Part shown: positions 27,539-41,272 of the stretch, piece after piece
Position numbering within the stretch: the stretch's first letter is position 1
How the letters are laid out: each line of letters opens with the position of its first letter
Assembly: GCA_022572885.1 (NCBI GenBank)
Contig: JACZVC010000001.1
Span: forward strand, 74,638-138,637
From: Pseudomonadota bacterium
GTDB taxonomy: Bacteria; Pseudomonadota; Gammaproteobacteria; Steroidobacterales; MnTg04
DNA: 64,000 nt
Direction of reading: 5' to 3'
The notes under the pieces: generated by a model
Seen by the model: the letters and a program-made list of their open reading frames with translations, nothing else
Told to the model about the DNA's origin: nothing
The model's database searches: none
Position numbers and translations under genes: made by a program

Positions 27539-30500
27539 TCAGGCCTGCTCGTCCGCTGCCTCTTTGGCCTCCTTGACAAGCACCGGCGCAGCCGTTTCCG
27601 CGGCCTGAGCCTGGACTGCTTCTTCGATAGCGCCCGGTGCCTCCACCGTGGCAGTTTCTGCCTCGGCTTCTTCAGCAGCGGGGATCTGAATCAACTGATC
27701 CGCCAGCGCTTCAGCCTTCGAACGGCGCCGTTTGCGGTGATACGACATGCCGGTACCGGCGGGTATCAGGCGTCCGACGATCACGTTCTCCTTCAGTCCC
27801 CTAAGATCGTCGCGCAAACCGCGAACGGCTGCCTCGGTCAGAACCCGGGTCGTTTCCTGGAAAGAGGCCGCCGAAATGAACGATTCGGTGGCCAGCGAGG
27901 CCTTGGTGATGCCCAGCAGCACCGGCGTGAGCTCGGCCTGCTTCTTGTTCATGCGTTCCATTTCCTGGTTCAACTCGATCAGCCTGGCGCGATCCAGCTG
28001 TTCGCCCTTCAACAGGCGGGTATCGCCCGGATCCTTGATCTCAACTTTGCGCAGCATCTGGCGAATGATCACCTCGATATGCTTGTCGTTGATTTTAACG
28101 CCCTGCAGCCGATAAACGTCCTGGATTTCGCGAACCAGGTAGTCAGCCAGCTGCTCTACTCCCTGCAAACGCAGAATGTCATGCGGATTGGGCTCGCCAT
28201 CGGCAATTTCTTCGCCGCGCTCGACCTGCTCGCCTTCGAACACGTTCAGGTGCCGCCATTTTGGGATCAACTCCTCGTGTGCCTCGCCGTTCTCATCGGT
28301 GATCACGAGGCGGCGCTTACCCTTGGTTTCCTTGCCATAACTAACCGTACCGGTATGTTCGGCCAGAATCGATGCTTCTTTCGGCTTGCGGGCCTCGAAA
28401 AGATCGGCCACGCGCGGCAGACCACCCGTGATATCACGGGTCTTCGAGGTTTCCTGCGGTATCCTCGCAAGCACATCACCGACAGACACCTTGGCGCCGT
28501 CTTCCTTGTTGACCAGCGCTCCCGCTGGCAAGGCGTAGACCGCGGGAATATCGGTATTGGCAAAACAAACCGGCTTGGCGTCCTTACCCTTTTTGTCCAT
28601 CAGCGTGACGGTCGGACGCAGATCGCGGCCCACAGCCGTGCGCTGCTTGGCATCCAGTACTTCGATGCTGGTCAGGCCGGTAAACTCATCGACCTGGCGG
28701 CTGACGGCCACGCCATCTTCAAAGTCCTCAAAGCGGATGTATCCGTCCACTTCGGTGACGACCGGGTGGGTGTGCGGGTCCCAGGTCGCGACCATTTGCC
28801 CTGGCTCGACTTTTGCCCCGTCGCGGATCGTAATCATCGCACCGTAGGGGATCTTGTAACGCTCGCGTTCGCGACCGTATTCGTCCATCACGCCAAGCTC
28901 GCCTGAACGCGATACCGCGACCAGATGCCCCTTGGCGTGCTGCACAGTCTTGATGTGGCGCAGGTGTGCCGTGCCTTTGCTCTTGATCTCAACGCTGTTG
29001 ACGGCTGCGGCACGCGATGCGGCGCCACCGATATGGAAGGTCCGCATCGTCAGCTGGGTACCGGGTTCACCGATCGATTGCGCGGCAATTACACCCACGG
29101 CTTCGCCGATGTTGATCCGATCGCCACGACCCAGATCGCGCCCATAACAGCTTGCGCAGACTCCATACAGGGTTTCACAAGCGATCGGCGAGCGGACCAT
29201 TACGGAGTCGATCTGGTTCTGCTCCAGCATATCCACCCAGTGCTCATCCAACAGCGTACCGGTCGTCGCGACCACCTCTTTTTTTCTTCCGGGTTTGACG
29301 ACGTCCCTGACCAGGACTCTGCCCAGCACACGCTCGCTCAGCGGTTCGACCACGTCACCGCCTTCGACCAACGGAGTCATTATCAGACCGGCCGTGGTGC
29401 CACAATCTTCCTCTGTGACGACCAGGTCCTGCGCAACATCGACCAGGCGTCGTGTCAGGTAACCCGAGTTCGCAGTTTTCAGTGCAGTGTCGGCCAGACC
29501 CTTGCGCGCGCCGTGAGTGGAGATAAAGTACTGCAGGACATCCAGGCCTTCCCGGAAATTCGCGGTAATCGGCGCCTCGATAATCGAGCCATCCGGTTTG
29601 GCCATCAGTCCACGCATCCCGGCCAGTTGCCTGATCTGTGCCGCCGAACCACGAGCCCCCGAATCAGCCATCATATAAATTGAGTTAAAGGATTCCTGGC
29701 TGACCTTCTCGCCTTTGGCGTTAACCACCACTTCGGTGCCTAACTCTTTCATCATCGCGTTGGCCACCTGATCATTGGTACGCGACCAGATATCCACGAC
29801 CTTGTTATAGCGCTCGCCATCGGTCAGCAATCCGGAGGAGTACTGATCCTGGATTTCCTTTACCTCGGCTTCGGCCGCCGTCAGGATCTCCGCCTTTTCA
29901 TCCGGCACAACCATGTCGTTAGCGCAGATGGATATACCGGCACGCGTTGCATAGTGAAATCCGGTGTACATCAGGCGATCGGCGAAAACGACCGTTTCTT
30001 TCAGACCGACGTCGCGGTAGCAAGCGTTGATGACTCGCGAAATCGCTTTCTTGTCCATGGTCTGATTAACCAGGTCGAATGACAGCCCCTCGGGCAATAT
30101 CTCGCTGAGCAGCGCGCGCCCCACGGTGGTGTCGTAAACCTTGCAGGTTGTGGTTTTCTCCCCTTGTTCATCGAACATCGTTAGCTTTATCCGGGCCTTG
30201 ACCAGGGCCTGCAGCTCAACGTGCCTGTTCTCGTAGGCACGATGTACTTCGGCGACGTCGGCAAACATACTGCCTTCACCGCGCGCATTAATGCGCTCCC
30301 GCGACATGTAATAAAGACCGAGCACCACATCCTGTGACGGCACGATAATCGGGTCACCATTGGCCGGCGAAAGAATATTGTTCGATGCCATCATCAGCGC
30401 GCGCGCTTCGAGTTGCGCCTCGATCGACAAGGGCACATGAACCGCCATCTGGTCGCCATCGAAGTCGGCATTAAACGCCGTACAGACCAGCGGGTGAAGC

Positions 30501-31843
30501 TGGATCGCTTTGCCTTCGATCAGCACCGGCTCGAATGCCTGGATGCCCAGGCGATGCAGCGTCGGCGCCCGATTGAGCATTACCGGGTGCTCGCGAATCA
30601 CCTCTTCGAGGATATCCCAGACTTCCGGGCCTTCGCGTTCAACCAGGCGTTTCGCGGATTTGATCGTCGCCGCTTCGCCACGCAATTGTAACTTGCTGAA
30701 AATAAAGGGTTTAAATAGCTCGAGCGCCATTTTCTTTGGCAACCCGCATTGGTGCAGTTTCAGCGTAGGACCGACCACGATGACCGAACGGCCGGAGTAG
30801 TCCACTCGCTTGCCGAGCAGGTTCTGGCGAAACCGCCCCTGCTTGCCCTTGATCATGTCAGCCAGCGACTTCAGCGGGCGTTTGTTGGTGCCGGTGATCG
30901 CACGGCCGCGCCTGCCGTTGTCGAGCAGCGCATCGACCGATTCCTGCAACATACGTTTTTCGTTGCGCACGATGATATCCGGTGCGTTCAACTCCAACAG
31001 CCGGCGCAGGCGGTTGTTGCGGTTAATAACGCGGCGGTATAAATCGTTCAGATCGGAAGTCGCAAAACGGCCGCCATCAAGCGGCACCAGCGGACGCAGG
31101 TCCGGTGGCAGCACCGGCAGGACGGTCAGCACCATCCACTTCGGGTGGTTGCCCGAGGAGATAAAAGATTCCAGCAGCTTCAGCCTCTTGGACAACCTTT
31201 TTAGCTTGGTCTCCGAACCGGTGGCATCCATGTCCTCGCGGACTTTCACGACTTCGGCGTTGAGGTCCAGGCTCCCCAGCAGTTGATAAACCGCCTCCGC
31301 GCCCATCCTGGCGTCAAAATCATCGCCATGTTGTTCGATGGTATCCAGATAGGCCTCGTCCGAAAGCAGTTGCCCACGCTCCAGCGGCGTCATGCCGGGG
31401 TCGATAACGACGAAGGCCTCGAAATAGAGGATGCGCTCGATTTCGCGCAGCGTCATATCCAGCATCAGGCCGATACGCGACGGCAATGATTTCAAAAACC
31501 AGATATGCGCAACCGGGCTGGCCAGTTCGATGTGGCCCATACGCTCGCGGCGCACCTTCGACTGAACGACCTCGACACCGCATTTCTCGCAGACCACGCC
31601 ACGATGCTTCAGGCGCTTGTACTTGCCGCAAAGACATTCGTAATCCTTGTTCGGGCCGAAAATCTTGGCGCAGAACAAGCCATCGCGTTCCGGCTTGAAG
31701 GTCCTGTAATTGATGGTCTCAGGTTTTTTGACTTCACCCCAGGACCACGAACGGATCATTTCCGGCGACGCCAGCCCGATGCGAATCGCATCGAAATCGT
31801 CGTTCGGAGTCAGCTGCTTTGCAAATTTCAGTAAATCTCTCAT
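27539..31843 (-). CDS. rpoC: DNA-directed RNA polymerase beta' subunit
   Basis: The track ORF starts at a TTG (31867) inside rpoB. ATG 31843 gives [10 protein letters not shown]...[33 protein letters not shown], the canonical N-terminus (1434 aa). NADFDGDQM is present. Confidence 0.95.
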   Translation of the reverse strand: MRDLLKFAKQLTPNDDFDAIRIGLASPEMIRSWSWGEVKKPETINYRTFKPERDGLFCAKIFGPNKDYECLCGKYKRLKHRGVVCEKCGVEVVQSKVRRERMGHIELASPVAHIWFLKSLPSRIGLMLDMTLREIERILYFEAFVVIDPGMTPLERGQLLSDEAYLDTIEQHGDDFDARMGAEAVYQLLGSLDLNAEVVKVREDMDATGSETKLKRLSKRLKLLESFISSGNHPKWMVLTVLPVLPPDLRPLVPLDGGRFATSDLNDLYRRVINRNNRLRRLLELNAPDIIVRNEKRMLQESVDALLDNGRRGRAITGTNKRPLKSLADMIKGKQGRFRQNLLGKRVDYSGRSVIVVGPTLKLHQCGLPKKMALELFKPFIFSKLQLRGEAATIKSAKRLVEREGPEVWDILEEVIREHPVMLNRAPTLHRLGIQAFEPVLIEGKAIQLHPLVCTAFNADFDGDQMAVHVPLSIEAQLEARALMMASNNILSPANGDPIIVPSQDVVLGLYYMSRERINARGEGSMFADVAEVHRAYENRHVELQALVKARIKLTMFDEQGEKTTTCKVYDTTVGRALLSEILPEGLSFDLVNQTMDKKAISRVINACYRDVGLKETVVFADRLMYTGFHYATRAGISICANDMVVPDEKAEILTAAEAEVKEIQDQYSSGLLTDGERYNKVVDIWSRTNDQVANAMMKELGTEVVVNAKGEKVSQESFNSIYMMADSGARGSAAQIRQLAGMRGLMAKPDGSIIEAPITANFREGLDVLQYFISTHGARKGLADTALKTANSGYLTRRLVDVAQDLVVTEEDCGTTAGLIMTPLVEGGDVVEPLSERVLGRVLVRDVVKPGRKKEVVATTGTLLDEHWVDMLEQNQIDSVMVRSPIACETLYGVCASCYGRDLGRGDRINIGEAVGVIAAQSIGEPGTQLTMRTFHIGGAASRAAAVNSVEIKSKGTAHLRHIKTVQHAKGHLVAVSRSGELGVMDEYGRERERYKIPYGAMITIRDGAKVEPGQMVATWDPHTHPVVTEVDGYIRFEDFEDGVAVSRQVDEFTGLTSIEVLDAKQRTAVGRDLRPTVTLMDKKGKDAKPVCFANTDIPAVYALPAGALVNKEDGAKVSVGDVLARIPQETSKTRDITGGLPRVADLFEARKPKEASILAEHTGTVSYGKETKGKRRLVITDENGEAHEELIPKWRHLNVFEGEQVERGEEIADGEPNPHDILRLQGVEQLADYLVREIQDVYRLQGVKINDKHIEVIIRQMLRKVEIKDPGDTRLLKGEQLDRARLIELNQEMERMNKKQAELTPVLLGITKASLATESFISAASFQETTRVLTEAAVRGLRDDLRGLKENVIVGRLIPAGTGMSYHRKRRRSKAEALADQLIQIPAAEEAEAETATVEAPGAIEEAVQAQAAETAAPVLVKEAKEAADEQA

Positions 31844-31847
31844 TGGC

Positions 31848-34800
31848 TCAATCCTGCTCAAGTTCAATGTTGATGCCCAGCGAGCGAATTTCCTTCACCA
31901 GCACGTTGAAGGACTCGGGCATACCCGCATCCATCATGTGCGTGCCATCAACAATGTTTTTGTACATACGCGTGCGGCCTTGCACGTCATCCGACTTGAC
32001 CGTCAGCATTTCCTGCAGCGTATAGGCGGCGCCATAGGCTTCCAGCGCCCAGACCTCCATCTCACCGAAGCGCTGGCCGCCGAACTGTGCCTTACCTCCC
32101 AGCGGCTGCTGGGTAACCAGGCTATACGGCCCAGTTGAGCGCGCATGCATCTTGTCGTCAACGAGGTGGTTAAGCTTGAGCATGTACATATAACCCACGG
32201 TTACGGGTCGGTCGAACCGCTCACCGGTACGGCCGTCGTAAAGAATGCTCTGACCATCGGTGGCCAGACCGGCGAGTTCCAGCATGTTCTTGATCTCGCT
32301 CTCGTCCGCGCCATCGAATACCGGTGTCGCCATCGGCACGCCGTCGCGCAGATTACCCGCCAGTTCAATCAACTCCGCGTCGCTGAAGGACTTGAGGTCT
32401 TCCTGCTTGCCACCGGTGGTGTTGTAAATCTGGTGGAGGTATTTGCGCAGTTCGGCTATCGGCCGCTGCTGATCCAGCAGCGCGGCAATTTTTCGACCGA
32501 GTCCCTTGGCCGCCCAGCCCAGGTGCGTTTCCAGCACCTGGCCGACGTTCATGCGCGATGGCACACCCAGCGGGTTCAACACGATGTCGACCGGCGTGCC
32601 ATCTTCAAGATAAGGCATGTCTTCGACCGGTACGATGGTCGAGATGACGCCCTTGTTGCCATGCCGGCCAGCCATCTTGTCGCCCGGCTGGATGCGGCGC
32701 TTGACGGCAAGATACACTTTGACCATTTTGAGCACGCCCGGGGCGAGGTCGTCGCCTGCCGTAATTTTCTGCTTTTTCTCTTCGAAGCGGAGATCGAATT
32801 CCCGGCGTTGCTCCTCGAGGCGTTCCTTGGCGCGGGCGAGTTTGCCCGCCGCATTGTCGTTGTGCAATCGAATCTCAAACCACTGGTCTCGCGATAATTC
32901 CTCGATGTAGGCCTTGGTGATCTTGCTACCCTTTTTCAGCTTGTTCGGACCGCCGTCGGCGACCTTGGCGAGCAGCATTTTCTCGATCCGCTGGAAGATA
33001 TCTTCTTCGAGGATCCGCTGCTGATCGTTGAGGTCTTTCTTGACCTGCTTCAGCTCGCTACCTTCGATCGCCAGCGCACGCGCGTCCTTCTCGACGCCGT
33101 CACGGGTAAACACCCGGACATCGATAACGGTTCCATCCATCCCCGGCGGGACCCGTAAAGAAGTGTCTTTAACATCCGATGCTTTCTCGCCAAAAATGGC
33201 CCGCAACAGTTTTTCTTCCGGCGTGAGCTGAGTCTCGCCCTTTGGCGTAACCTTGCCCACCAGAATATCGCCGGCATTGACTTCTGCACCGATAAAGGCG
33301 ATTCCCGATTCGTCGAGATTGGCCAGCGCCGAATCGCCGACATTGGGAATATCCGCGCTGACTTCCTCGGAACCCAGCTTGGTATCGCGCGCCACGCAAG
33401 TCAGCTCTTCAATGTGGATGGTTGTAAAGCGATCCTCGTGGACCAGGCGCTCCGAGATCAGTATGGAATCTTCGAAGTTGTAGCCATTCCACGGCATGAA
33501 CGCGACCATCAGGTTCTGGCCCAGCGCCAGTTCACCCATATCGGTTGACGGCCCGTCGGCCAGCACATCGTTGCGCTCGATCTGGTCACCGGCTTTTACC
33601 AGCGGGCGCTGATTGATGCAGGTGTTCTGGTTGGAGCGCGTGTACTTGGTCAGATTATAAATGTCCACGCCCGATTCGTTGGCGCCAGTCTCTTTGTCAT
33701 TGACGCGCACCACGATTCTGGACGCATCGACCAAATCGACCACGCCGCCGCGACGCGCGAGCACGGTAACACCCGAGTCTATGGCGACGATGCGTTCCAT
33801 CCCGGTTCCCACCAACGGCTTTTCAGCACGCACCGTGGGCACAGCCTGACGTTGCATATTCGACCCCATCAGGGCGCGGTTGGCATCGTCATGCTCGAGG
33901 AACGGGATCAGCGATGAGGCGACCGATACGATCTGCCGCGGCGAAACATCCATATAGCTGATCTGATCCGGGTTGGCCATCGTGAACTCGTTACGGGAAC
34001 GGCAGGAAATCAGGTCTTCGGTAAAACGCCCGAGCTTGTCCAGTTTCGCGTTGGCCTGGGCAATCATGTACTGGCCTTCCTCGATCGCCGACAGGTACTC
34101 GATTTTGCCGCTGACCTTGCCCTTCTTCACTTTGCGGTACGGTGTCTCGAGGAAACCGTACTCGTTGGTGCGGGCATAAACCGCCAGCGAGTTGATCAGG
34201 CCGATATTCGGACCCTCGGGTGTTTCGATCGGGCACACCCGGCCATAGTGAGTCGGGTGAACGTCACGAACCTCGAAGCCGGCACGCTCACGAGTAAGAC
34301 CACCCGGCCCAAGCGCCGACACGCGCCGCTTGTGGGTAACCTCCGACAAAGGATTGTTCTGATCCATAAACTGGGACAACTGGCTGGAACCGAAAAATTC
34401 CTTGACCGCCGCTGCCACCGGTTTGGCGTTGATCATCTCCTGCGGCATCAGCCCTTCGGATTCGGCCAGACTCAGCCGTTCCTTGACCGCGCGCTCGACG
34501 CGAACCAGGCCGATACGGAATGCGTTTTCGGCCATTTCGCCAACGCTGCGGATACGGCGGTTACCCAGGTGGTCGATATCATCGACCGTGTCATTGGTGT
34601 CGCGGATATTGATCAGCGTACGCAGGGCGGCGATGATGTCTTCCTTGTTGAGTACACCCGAGCCCTCGGAATGGTCGCGACCAACCCTGCGGTTGAACTT
34701 CATGCGCCCAACAGCCGACAGGTCGTAACGCTCCGGATTGAAAAACAAATTGTTAAACAGGTTCTCCGCCGCATCTTTGGTCGGCGGCTCGCCAGGACGC

Positions 34801-35927
34801 ATCATGCGATAAATTTCGACCAGCGCCTCAAGGCGATTGGTGGCCGGATCGATACGCAGCGTATTGGAGATAAACGGGCCCTTGTCCAGCTCATTGATAT
34901 ACAGAGTCTGTATTTTCTTTTCGCCGGCCTCCCTCAACTGCTCGATCAGTTCCACGGTCAGCTCGTCGTTGGCCTTGGCCAGCAGCTCGCCGGTTTCCTT
35001 ATTGACGATGTTGTGCGCCAGGATCTTGCCTTCAAGATATTCCGGAGATATCTCCAGTTCCTTGATCTTGGCGTCCTCGATCTGCTTGACATGGCGGGCG
35101 CTGATGCGACGCCCCTCTTCGACGATGATCTTGCGCCCCACCTTGATATCGAACGGCGCCGGCTCTCCGCGCAACCGCGATGGCAACAGCTTCATTTTTA
35201 TCGCTGTCTTGCCCAGCGTAATGTTGTTGAATTCGAAAAACGTGGACAAAATCTCCTCGTCGTCCATCCCCAGGGCACGCAGAATAATCGTGACCGGCAG
35301 TTTGCGGCGGCGATCGATGCGGGCAAAAATGCAGTCTTTCGGATCGAACTCGAAATCAAGCCATGAACCGCGATACGGGATGACCCGCGCGTTGAACAGC
35401 AATTTTCCCGATGAATGGGTCTTGCCCTTGTCGTGGTCAAAAAACACGCCCGGCGAGCGATGCAACTGCGAGACTATGACGCGCTCCGTTCCGTTGATCA
35501 CAAAAGTACCGTTATCGGTCATCAGCGGCATCTCACCAAGATAGACTTCCTGCTGACGGATTTCCTTCACCGGCTTTACACTGCCCGGCGCTTCCTTGTC
35601 ACGAATTTCGAGATCGACAAGTACCCGCAACGGGGCCGAATAGGTCAGACCGCGGAGCTGGCATTCCTTGACATCGAATGCCGGCACACCGAGACGATAG
35701 CTCACATACTGTAGCGCGGCATTCCCGGAATAACTGACAATCGGAAACACCGATTTGAATGCTGCGTGCAAGCCCATGTCCTTGCGCTTTTTCGCCTCGA
35801 TATCGACCTGCAGAAATTTACGGTACGAATCGAGTTGTATGGACAAAAGATAAGGTATATCAAGAATACTCGGCTGTTTGCCAAAATCCTTGCGTATGCG
35901 CTTTTTCTCAGTGAACGAATATGCCAT
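31848..35927 (-). CDS. rpoB: DNA-directed RNA polymerase beta subunit
   Basis: 1359 aa, [40 protein letters not shown]... Confidence 0.95.
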   Translation of the reverse strand: MAYSFTEKKRIRKDFGKQPSILDIPYLLSIQLDSYRKFLQVDIEAKKRKDMGLHAAFKSVFPIVSYSGNAALQYVSYRLGVPAFDVKECQLRGLTYSAPLRVLVDLEIRDKEAPGSVKPVKEIRQQEVYLGEMPLMTDNGTFVINGTERVIVSQLHRSPGVFFDHDKGKTHSSGKLLFNARVIPYRGSWLDFEFDPKDCIFARIDRRRKLPVTIILRALGMDDEEILSTFFEFNNITLGKTAIKMKLLPSRLRGEPAPFDIKVGRKIIVEEGRRISARHVKQIEDAKIKELEISPEYLEGKILAHNIVNKETGELLAKANDELTVELIEQLREAGEKKIQTLYINELDKGPFISNTLRIDPATNRLEALVEIYRMMRPGEPPTKDAAENLFNNLFFNPERYDLSAVGRMKFNRRVGRDHSEGSGVLNKEDIIAALRTLINIRDTNDTVDDIDHLGNRRIRSVGEMAENAFRIGLVRVERAVKERLSLAESEGLMPQEMINAKPVAAAVKEFFGSSQLSQFMDQNNPLSEVTHKRRVSALGPGGLTRERAGFEVRDVHPTHYGRVCPIETPEGPNIGLINSLAVYARTNEYGFLETPYRKVKKGKVSGKIEYLSAIEEGQYMIAQANAKLDKLGRFTEDLISCRSRNEFTMANPDQISYMDVSPRQIVSVASSLIPFLEHDDANRALMGSNMQRQAVPTVRAEKPLVGTGMERIVAIDSGVTVLARRGGVVDLVDASRIVVRVNDKETGANESGVDIYNLTKYTRSNQNTCINQRPLVKAGDQIERNDVLADGPSTDMGELALGQNLMVAFMPWNGYNFEDSILISERLVHEDRFTTIHIEELTCVARDTKLGSEEVSADIPNVGDSALANLDESGIAFIGAEVNAGDILVGKVTPKGETQLTPEEKLLRAIFGEKASDVKDTSLRVPPGMDGTVIDVRVFTRDGVEKDARALAIEGSELKQVKKDLNDQQRILEEDIFQRIEKMLLAKVADGGPNKLKKGSKITKAYIEELSRDQWFEIRLHNDNAAGKLARAKERLEEQRREFDLRFEEKKQKITAGDDLAPGVLKMVKVYLAVKRRIQPGDKMAGRHGNKGVISTIVPVEDMPYLEDGTPVDIVLNPLGVPSRMNVGQVLETHLGWAAKGLGRKIAALLDQQRPIAELRKYLHQIYNTTGGKQEDLKSFSDAELIELAGNLRDGVPMATPVFDGADESEIKNMLELAGLATDGQSILYDGRTGERFDRPVTVGYMYMLKLNHLVDDKMHARSTGPYSLVTQQPLGGKAQFGGQRFGEMEVWALEAYGAAYTLQEMLTVKSDDVQGRTRMYKNIVDGTHMMDAGMPESFNVLVKEIRSLGINIELEQD

Positions 35928-36087
35928 CGTGTGCTACCTCGGTTCGGGCTGTTGCATCAGGCCGCTATACAGCGGCTTTCAGCCCGGCATAAAACAGAAA
36001 CGGGAAAAGGCCGGCGATCACAATCACCAGCCGATCCCGGTTGACGGGCAATGCCCGTACCCGCAAAACATAGCAAGCAGCTTCCGC

Positions 36088-36465
36088 TTACTTGATTTCA
36101 ACGCTTGCGCCAGCTTCCTCAAGCTGCTTTTTGACGTCCTCGGCTTCGTCCTTGTTTACCGCTTCCTTGATCGAGGCGGGAGAGGATTCCACCAGGTCTT
36201 TGGCTTCTTTCAGGCCGAGACCTGTCAATGCGCGAACGACCTTGATGACGGGCACCTTGGTGGCGCCAAACGAGGTCATGACGACCTCAAACTCGGTCTG
36301 TTCCACGGCTGCCTCCTCGCCACCGGCAGCCGGTGCTGCGGCAACCGCCACGGGGGCAGCAGCGGACACGCCGAACTTCTCTTCCATGTCGGAAATCAGT
36401 TCAACAACGTCCATCACGCTCATCTTGGAGATTGCTTCGAGAATCTCGTTTTTCGATACAGCCAT
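36088..36465 (-). CDS. rplL: 50S ribosomal protein L7/L12
   Basis: Trimmed to ATG 36465 (aggag RBS), giving [37 protein letters not shown]...[19 protein letters not shown]... Confidence 0.95.
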   Translation of the reverse strand: MAVSKNEILEAISKMSVMDVVELISDMEEKFGVSAAAPVAVAAAPAAGGEEAAVEQTEFEVVMTSFGATKVPVIKVVRALTGLGLKEAKDLVESSPASIKEAVNKDEAEDVKKQLEEAGASVEIK

Positions 36466-36528
36466 TTCTAAAACTCCTGTTGTGTTACCCACACAAATAT
36501 ATTGATTAGTCGTCAGGTCAGTAGCGGG

Positions 36529-37056
36529 TCATGCCGCCTGCTTATGATCGCGAACAGCCGCTAGCGTACGCACCAGTTTGGTGTGCGGTTCGGCAAGAGT
36601 GCGGACCAGCTTGGTGATCGGCGCCTGTATGACGCCTGCGAGCATGCCCAGTGCCTGCTCGAGATTTGGCAGTGATGCCAAACGATCCAGATCGGCGGCC
36701 GGCAGCAAATTGCCGCTAATGGCCAGACCGACTGTTACCAGCTTGTCGTTTTCCTTGGCGAACTTTTTCACCACACGGGCCGCTGCGCCCGGGTCCTCCT
36801 GAGAGAACGCCAGTAGCAACGGGCCATTCAGGATCTCGCCCAGGCACTCGAATTCAGTGCCTTCGATCGCCCTGCGCGCCAGCGTGTTCTTGACCACACG
36901 CAGGTAAACACCGGACTCGCGCGCTTGTTTGCGCAACTCCGTCATTTGCGTAACAGTCAGTCCACGATACTCAGCCGCCAAGGCTGAATAAGCATTGGCG
37001 GCCACTACATTGACCTCTGCGACAAGTGCTTTTTTGTCTTCCAGACGCAATGGCAT
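36529..37056 (-). CDS. rplJ: 50S ribosomal protein L10
   Basis: 175 aa, [47 protein letters not shown]... Confidence 0.95.
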   Translation of the reverse strand: MPLRLEDKKALVAEVNVVAANAYSALAAEYRGLTVTQMTELRKQARESGVYLRVVKNTLARRAIEGTEFECLGEILNGPLLLAFSQEDPGAAARVVKKFAKENDKLVTVGLAISGNLLPAADLDRLASLPNLEQALGMLAGVIQAPITKLVRTLAEPHTKLVRTLAAVRDHKQAA

Positions 37057-37375
37057 GGTTACCTCCTGAAAAAAGGGTCCATCTATAAATAAGGAGGAAC
37101 TTCCTGTTCCACCCCCTCACGAATGCTCCGGCGTTTCCGCCATCGCAGCTTCGACAGTGGCCCTCCAGCACAGGATGCTGACGTGGGTAACACCGTCTGC
37201 GCAGGCCGATAGCCTCAATTAAAAGTTCCACAATCCGGCCGCGTCTTTACAGCCATGCGTCACTCACCTGCGGTCTTTGACGATTACCGGATTGCTCCGG
37301 CTCTCATGCACTCCCTTGCGGTTCCCGAACTCAGCCGACAAAAATCGCCGACCAACCCGACAACCACTCCGGTAC
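37057..37375 (-). promoter_or_regulatory. rplJ leader region (expected site of the L10 autoregulatory leader and an internal promoter)
   Basis: This is a 319-nt untranslated gap between the rplA stop and the rplJ start. It is the position where E. coli carries the PL10 promoter and the L10(L12)4-binding leader. It was not folded, so this is a positional inference only. Confidence 0.35.
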
Positions 37376-38065
37376 TCAAATCGTGGCCTGATCCACCGGT
37401 ATCCCCGGTCCCTGAGTCGACGACAGGGTCAGGCCTTTCATATATATGCCCTTGGCCGATGCCGGCTTTGCCTTGACCAGGTCGGACAGCAAGGCGTCGA
37501 GATTTTCCCGCAGCGCCTTGACTTCGAAGCCGCTGACCCCGATCGGGCAATGGATGATCCCGGCCTTGTCGGTTCGATAACGTACTTGCCCTGCCTTGGC
37601 ATTGGTTACGGCGGATGCCACATCGGCGGTCACCGTGCCAACTTTTGGATTGGGCATCAACCCGCGCGGACCCAGAATCTGCCCCAATGGACCGACTACC
37701 CGCATCGCATCCGGGGTCGCAATCAAAACGTCGAAGTCCAGTTCGCCAGCCTTGATTTTTTTGGCCAGGTCTTCAAAACCTACGATATCGGCGCCGGCTT
37801 TCGTCGCCTTTTCAGCGTTGTCGCCCTGGGCGAAAACCGCCACGCGCACCGTTTTCCCAAGACCATGCGGCAACACGGTCGAGCCACGAACGACCTGGTC
37901 GGACTTGCGAGGATCCACGCCCAGGTTGACCGACACATCGACCGACTCGGTAAATTTGGCCGTGGCCATTTCCTTGACCAACGCTATCGCCTCGTCAACG
38001 GCGTAAGCCTTGCCCGGCTCGATTTTGTCAGCCCAGGATTTTTTGCGTTTGCTGATCCGGGCCAT
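37376..38065 (-). CDS. rplA: 50S ribosomal protein L1
   Basis: 229 aa, [57 protein letters not shown]... Confidence 0.95.
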   Translation of the reverse strand: MARISKRKKSWADKIEPGKAYAVDEAIALVKEMATAKFTESVDVSVNLGVDPRKSDQVVRGSTVLPHGLGKTVRVAVFAQGDNAEKATKAGADIVGFEDLAKKIKAGELDFDVLIATPDAMRVVGPLGQILGPRGLMPNPKVGTVTADVASAVTNAKAGQVRYRTDKAGIIHCPIGVSGFEVKALRENLDALLSDLVKAKPASAKGIYMKGLTLSSTQGPGIPVDQATI

Positions 38066-38066
38066 C

Positions 38067-38498
38067 TCAAACGCCCTCCGTTTCTATGCCCATGCTACGG
38101 GCCGTACCCGCGATCGTGCGAACGGCCGCATCCATATCGGCAGCGGTCAGGTCCGGCTCCTTGGCGGTGGCAATTTCCTCGAGTTGGGCGCGACTGACCC
38201 TGCCGACTTTCTCGGTATTCGGCGTGCCGCTGCCTTTCTTGATTTTCGCGGCTTTCCTCAGCAAGACCGCGGCGGGCGGTGTCTTGCTGATAAAGGTGAA
38301 GCTGCGATCGCTGTAAACCGTGATCACCACAGGAATCGGCAAGCCGGGCTCGACACCCTGGGTATGGGCATTGAAGGCTTTACAAAATTCCATGATGTTG
38401 ACGCCATGCTGGCCCAGCGCCGGTCCTACCGGTGGGCTGGGGTTAGCCTGGCCAGCCGGGATTTGCAATTTGATAAATCCCTGAACTTTCTTGGCCAT
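38067..38498 (-). CDS. rplK: 50S ribosomal protein L11
   Basis: 143 aa, [43 protein letters not shown]... Confidence 0.95.
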   Translation of the reverse strand: MAKKVQGFIKLQIPAGQANPSPPVGPALGQHGVNIMEFCKAFNAHTQGVEPGLPIPVVITVYSDRSFTFISKTPPAAVLLRKAAKIKKGSGTPNTEKVGRVSRAQLEEIATAKEPDLTAADMDAAVRTIAGTARSMGIETEGV

Positions 38499-38619
38499 GA
38501 TTTAAATCCTCGTTTGGGTGCAAACGCCTTGCGGCTCCCCGCCTGCTTCCATTCCGACATGCCGGCAAACCGGCCTCGTCCTTGTAATTCCAGCCGCTGT
38601 TTTCATCCTGAAACCCGCC

Positions 38620-39153
38620 TCAGGCTTTTTCGACCTGGGAAAAATCCAACTCCACCGGTGTGGAGCGTCCGAGTATCTGCACAGCAACCTGCAGACGACT
38701 CTTTTCATAGTTGACCTGCTCGACGACTCCGTTGAAATCGTTGAATGGCCCGTCAACCACGCGCACCAACTCGCCGGGCTCGAACAGCACCTTGGGCCTC
38801 GGCTTGTCGACACCTTCCTGAACCCGCTGCACGATGCCCTCCGCTTCCTTCTCGGAAATTGGCGCTGGCTTGTCGCTGGTCCCGCCAATAAACCCCAAAA
38901 CCTTGGGTACTGACTTCACCAGGTGCCAGGTCTCCTCGTCCATATCCATCTGCACCAGCACATAGCCCGGGTAAAACTTTCTTTCGCTCCGCCGTTTCTG
39001 GCCATTCTTCATTTCCACCACTTCTTCGGTGGGGACGAGAATCTCGCCAAACTTATCCTGCATGCCATCGAGCTCGATACGCTCTTCCAGCGATTTTTTC
39101 ACCTTGTGCTCGAAATTCGAGTAGGCATGCACTACGTACCAGCGCAGGGCCAT
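38620..39153 (-). CDS. nusG: transcription termination/antitermination factor NusG
   Basis: 177 aa, [26 protein letters not shown]...; a KOW region is present near the C-terminus. Confidence 0.95.
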   Translation of the reverse strand: MALRWYVVHAYSNFEHKVKKSLEERIELDGMQDKFGEILVPTEEVVEMKNGQKRRSERKFYPGYVLVQMDMDEETWHLVKSVPKVLGFIGGTSDKPAPISEKEAEGIVQRVQEGVDKPRPKVLFEPGELVRVVDGPFNDFNGVVEQVNYEKSRLQVAVQILGRSTPVELDFSQVEKA

Positions 39154-39154
39154 G

Positions 39155-39532
39155 TCAGCCTCCCTGCCCGGTCAAAGTCTTGGTTACCCACAACAGACCC
39201 ATATCCAGACCCCAGAAAAACACGCCCAGGATGATGACGAAAACAATTACCGCCAGCGTGGTCTGCGTCGTGTCCTGCCGATTCGGCCAGACCACTTTGC
39301 GTAACTCTACACGCGACCCCTGGATGAACTGCCACGCGTTCCGGCCCATTGCAGTCTGCATGACGATGGCGATGGCGATCACTACAGACGCCAGAACGCC
39401 GCCCGCCCTGATCAGGACCGACATATCCGGATAATAGTAATAGCCGCCGATCCCGCTGATCAGAACGGCGATCGCTAGCAAAAGCTTTACTTTATCCAGT
39501 GCGCTGGCACCGGTTTCGGTCTGGGCGTTCAT
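39155..39532 (-). CDS. secE: preprotein translocase subunit SecE
   Basis: 125 aa with three hydrophobic helices. The conserved C-terminal region is [37 protein letters not shown]. It lies directly upstream of nusG. Confidence 0.9.
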   Translation of the reverse strand: MNAQTETGASALDKVKLLLAIAVLISGIGGYYYYPDMSVLIRAGGVLASVVIAIAIVMQTAMGRNAWQFIQGSRVELRKVVWPNRQDTTQTTLAVIVFVIILGVFFWGLDMGLLWVTKTLTGQGG

Positions 39533-39584
39533 GGATGATCGCAGAATCAGTCGTCAATGCAGCCGCCGGGGCTCTCCGGAACCG

Positions 39585-39660
39585 TGGCAGGCCAGGAGGG
39601 AATCGAACCCCCAACCTGCGGTTTTGGAGACCGCCGCTCTGCCAATTGAGCTACTGGCCT
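39585..39660 (-). tRNA. tRNA-Trp (anticodon CCA)
   Basis: The reverse complement is AGGCCAGTAGCTCAATTGGCAGAGCGGCGGTCTCCAAAACCGCAGGTTGGGGGTTCGATTCCCTCCTGGCCTGCCA. The acceptor stem is aggccag/ctggcct and the anticodon loop is CTCCAAA. It is in the canonical position upstream of secE. Confidence 0.9.
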
Positions 39661-39729
39661 GTTGTACCTCTCGCGGATAAAGCGGACACACGACCGGAAA
39701 TCCACGGTCGCATACCTGTGTTAAAAAAA

Positions 39730-40920
39730 CTACTCGATGATCTTGGCGACGACGCCGGCGCCGACGGTCCGGCCACCCTCACGGATGGCAAAGCGCAGAC
39801 CCTCTTCCATGGCGATCGGTGCAATCAACTCAACCGTGACCTGCACATTGTCGCCCGGCATCACCATCTCGGTGCCATCGGGCAGGTATACCGCGCCGGT
39901 GACATCGGTGGTCCGAAAATAAAACTGCGGCCTATAGCCTTTGAAAAACGGCGTGTGACGACCGCCTTCTTCCTTGGTCAGCACATACACCTCGGCTTCA
40001 AACTTGGTGTGCGGGTGGATCGAACCCGGCTTCGCCAGCACCTGGCCGCGCTCCACTTCCTCGCGCTTGGTGCCGCGCAGCAAAACCCCCACGTTGTCGC
40101 CAGCCCTCCCCTCGTCGAGCCGCTTGCGGACCATCTCTACACCGGTACAGGTGGTCTTGGTGGTCTCGTTGATCCCGACGATCTCCACCTCGTCGCCCAC
40201 ATGCACAACCCCGCGGTCTATACGACCGGTCACCACCGTGCCGCGACCGGAAATCGAAAACACATCCTCGACCGGCATCAGGAAATCACCGTCGATCGCA
40301 CGCTCGGGCAAGGGAATATAGCGGTCCATTTCCTCAACCAGCTTCAATACGCTGGCTACGCCGATATCGCTGTCGTCGCCTTCCAGCGCCTTCAGCGCCG
40401 AACCCACCACGATCGGCGTGTCATCGCCCGGGAACTCGTAAATCGACAGCAGCTCACGGATCTCCATCTCCACCAGCTCGATCAGCTCGGCGTCATCCAC
40501 CATGTCCGCCTTATTCATATACACCAGGATGTACGGCACGCCCACCTGGCGGGCCAGCAGGATATGCTCGCGGGTCTGCGGCATCGGGCCATCGGCCGCC
40601 GAGACCACCAAAATCGCGCCATCCATCTGCGCCGCCCCGGTGATCATGTTCTTCACGTAATCGGCATGACCCGGGCAGTCAACGTGGGCGTAATGCCGAT
40701 TTGCGCTCTCGTACTCCACGTGCGCCGTCGCGATCGTGATCCCCCGCGCCTTCTCTTCCGGTGCATTGTCAATCTGATCATACGCACGATACTCGCCGCC
40801 GTGCTTCTCAGCCATCAGCTTGGTCAATGCCGCCGTCAGCGTCGTCTTGCCATGATCCACATGACCAATCGTGCCTACGTTGATATGCGGCTTCGTACGT
40901 TCAAATTTTTCCTTGGACAC
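39730..40920 (-). CDS. tufB: elongation factor Tu (copy downstream of the tRNA-Thr cluster)
   Basis: 396 aa, identical to tufA except for 5 residues in domain II. It is preceded by tRNA-Tyr/Gly/Thr as in the E. coli thrU-tyrU-glyT-thrT-tufB operon. Confidence 0.95.
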   Translation of the reverse strand: MSKEKFERTKPHINVGTIGHVDHGKTTLTAALTKLMAEKHGGEYRAYDQIDNAPEEKARGITIATAHVEYESANRHYAHVDCPGHADYVKNMITGAAQMDGAILVVSAADGPMPQTREHILLARQVGVPYILVYMNKADMVDDAELIELVEMEIRELLSIYEFPGDDTPIVVGSALKALEGDDSDIGVASVLKLVEEMDRYIPLPERAIDGDFLMPVEDVFSISGRGTVVTGRIDRGVVHVGDEVEIVGINETTKTTCTGVEMVRKRLDEGRAGDNVGVLLRGTKREEVERGQVLAKPGSIHPHTKFEAEVYVLTKEEGGRHTPFFKGYRPQFYFRTTDVTGAVYLPDGTEMVMPGDNVQVTVELIAPIAMEEGLRFAIREGGRTVGAGVVAKIIE

Positions 40921-41019
40921 GATATTCTCCCCGTTCCAATACTGTTTACGCCAAATCCGGGCCCGGTTTCTGCCGATCCCCCGTTGTCAGTTCCGTTTGT
41001 GACGCGCCACCTCGGTGAG

Positions 41020-41094
<75 letters not shown>

Positions 41095-41121
41095 CATGTT
41101 CATTTCCAGCTTGTTGCCTGA

Positions 41122-41195
41122 TGGAGCGGGTGATGGGAATCGAACCCACATCATCAGCTTGGAAGGCTGAGGTTCTACCTTTGAACTACACCCGC
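41122..41195 (-). tRNA. tRNA-Gly (anticodon TCC)
   Basis: The reverse complement is GCGGGTGTAGTTCAAAGGTAGAACCTCAGCCTTCCAAGCTGATGATGTGGGTTCGATTCCCATCACCCGCTCCA. The anticodon stem-loop is tcagc-CTTCCAA-gctga. Confidence 0.9.
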
Positions 41196-41272
41196 CGCGA
41201 AAACCACCACCTTCACCGACAACATTCAGACAAATAAATCTTTGTTTTTAAAAGATTTTTTGTTTCATGCGT

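Noticed and set aside
27440-35366. Multiple long + ORFs (27440..28906, 28925..29683, 32145..32897, 34248..35366, 34837..35544) opposite rpoC/rpoB.
   Set aside because: All are antisense to the universally conserved RNA polymerase genes. They have no independent support.
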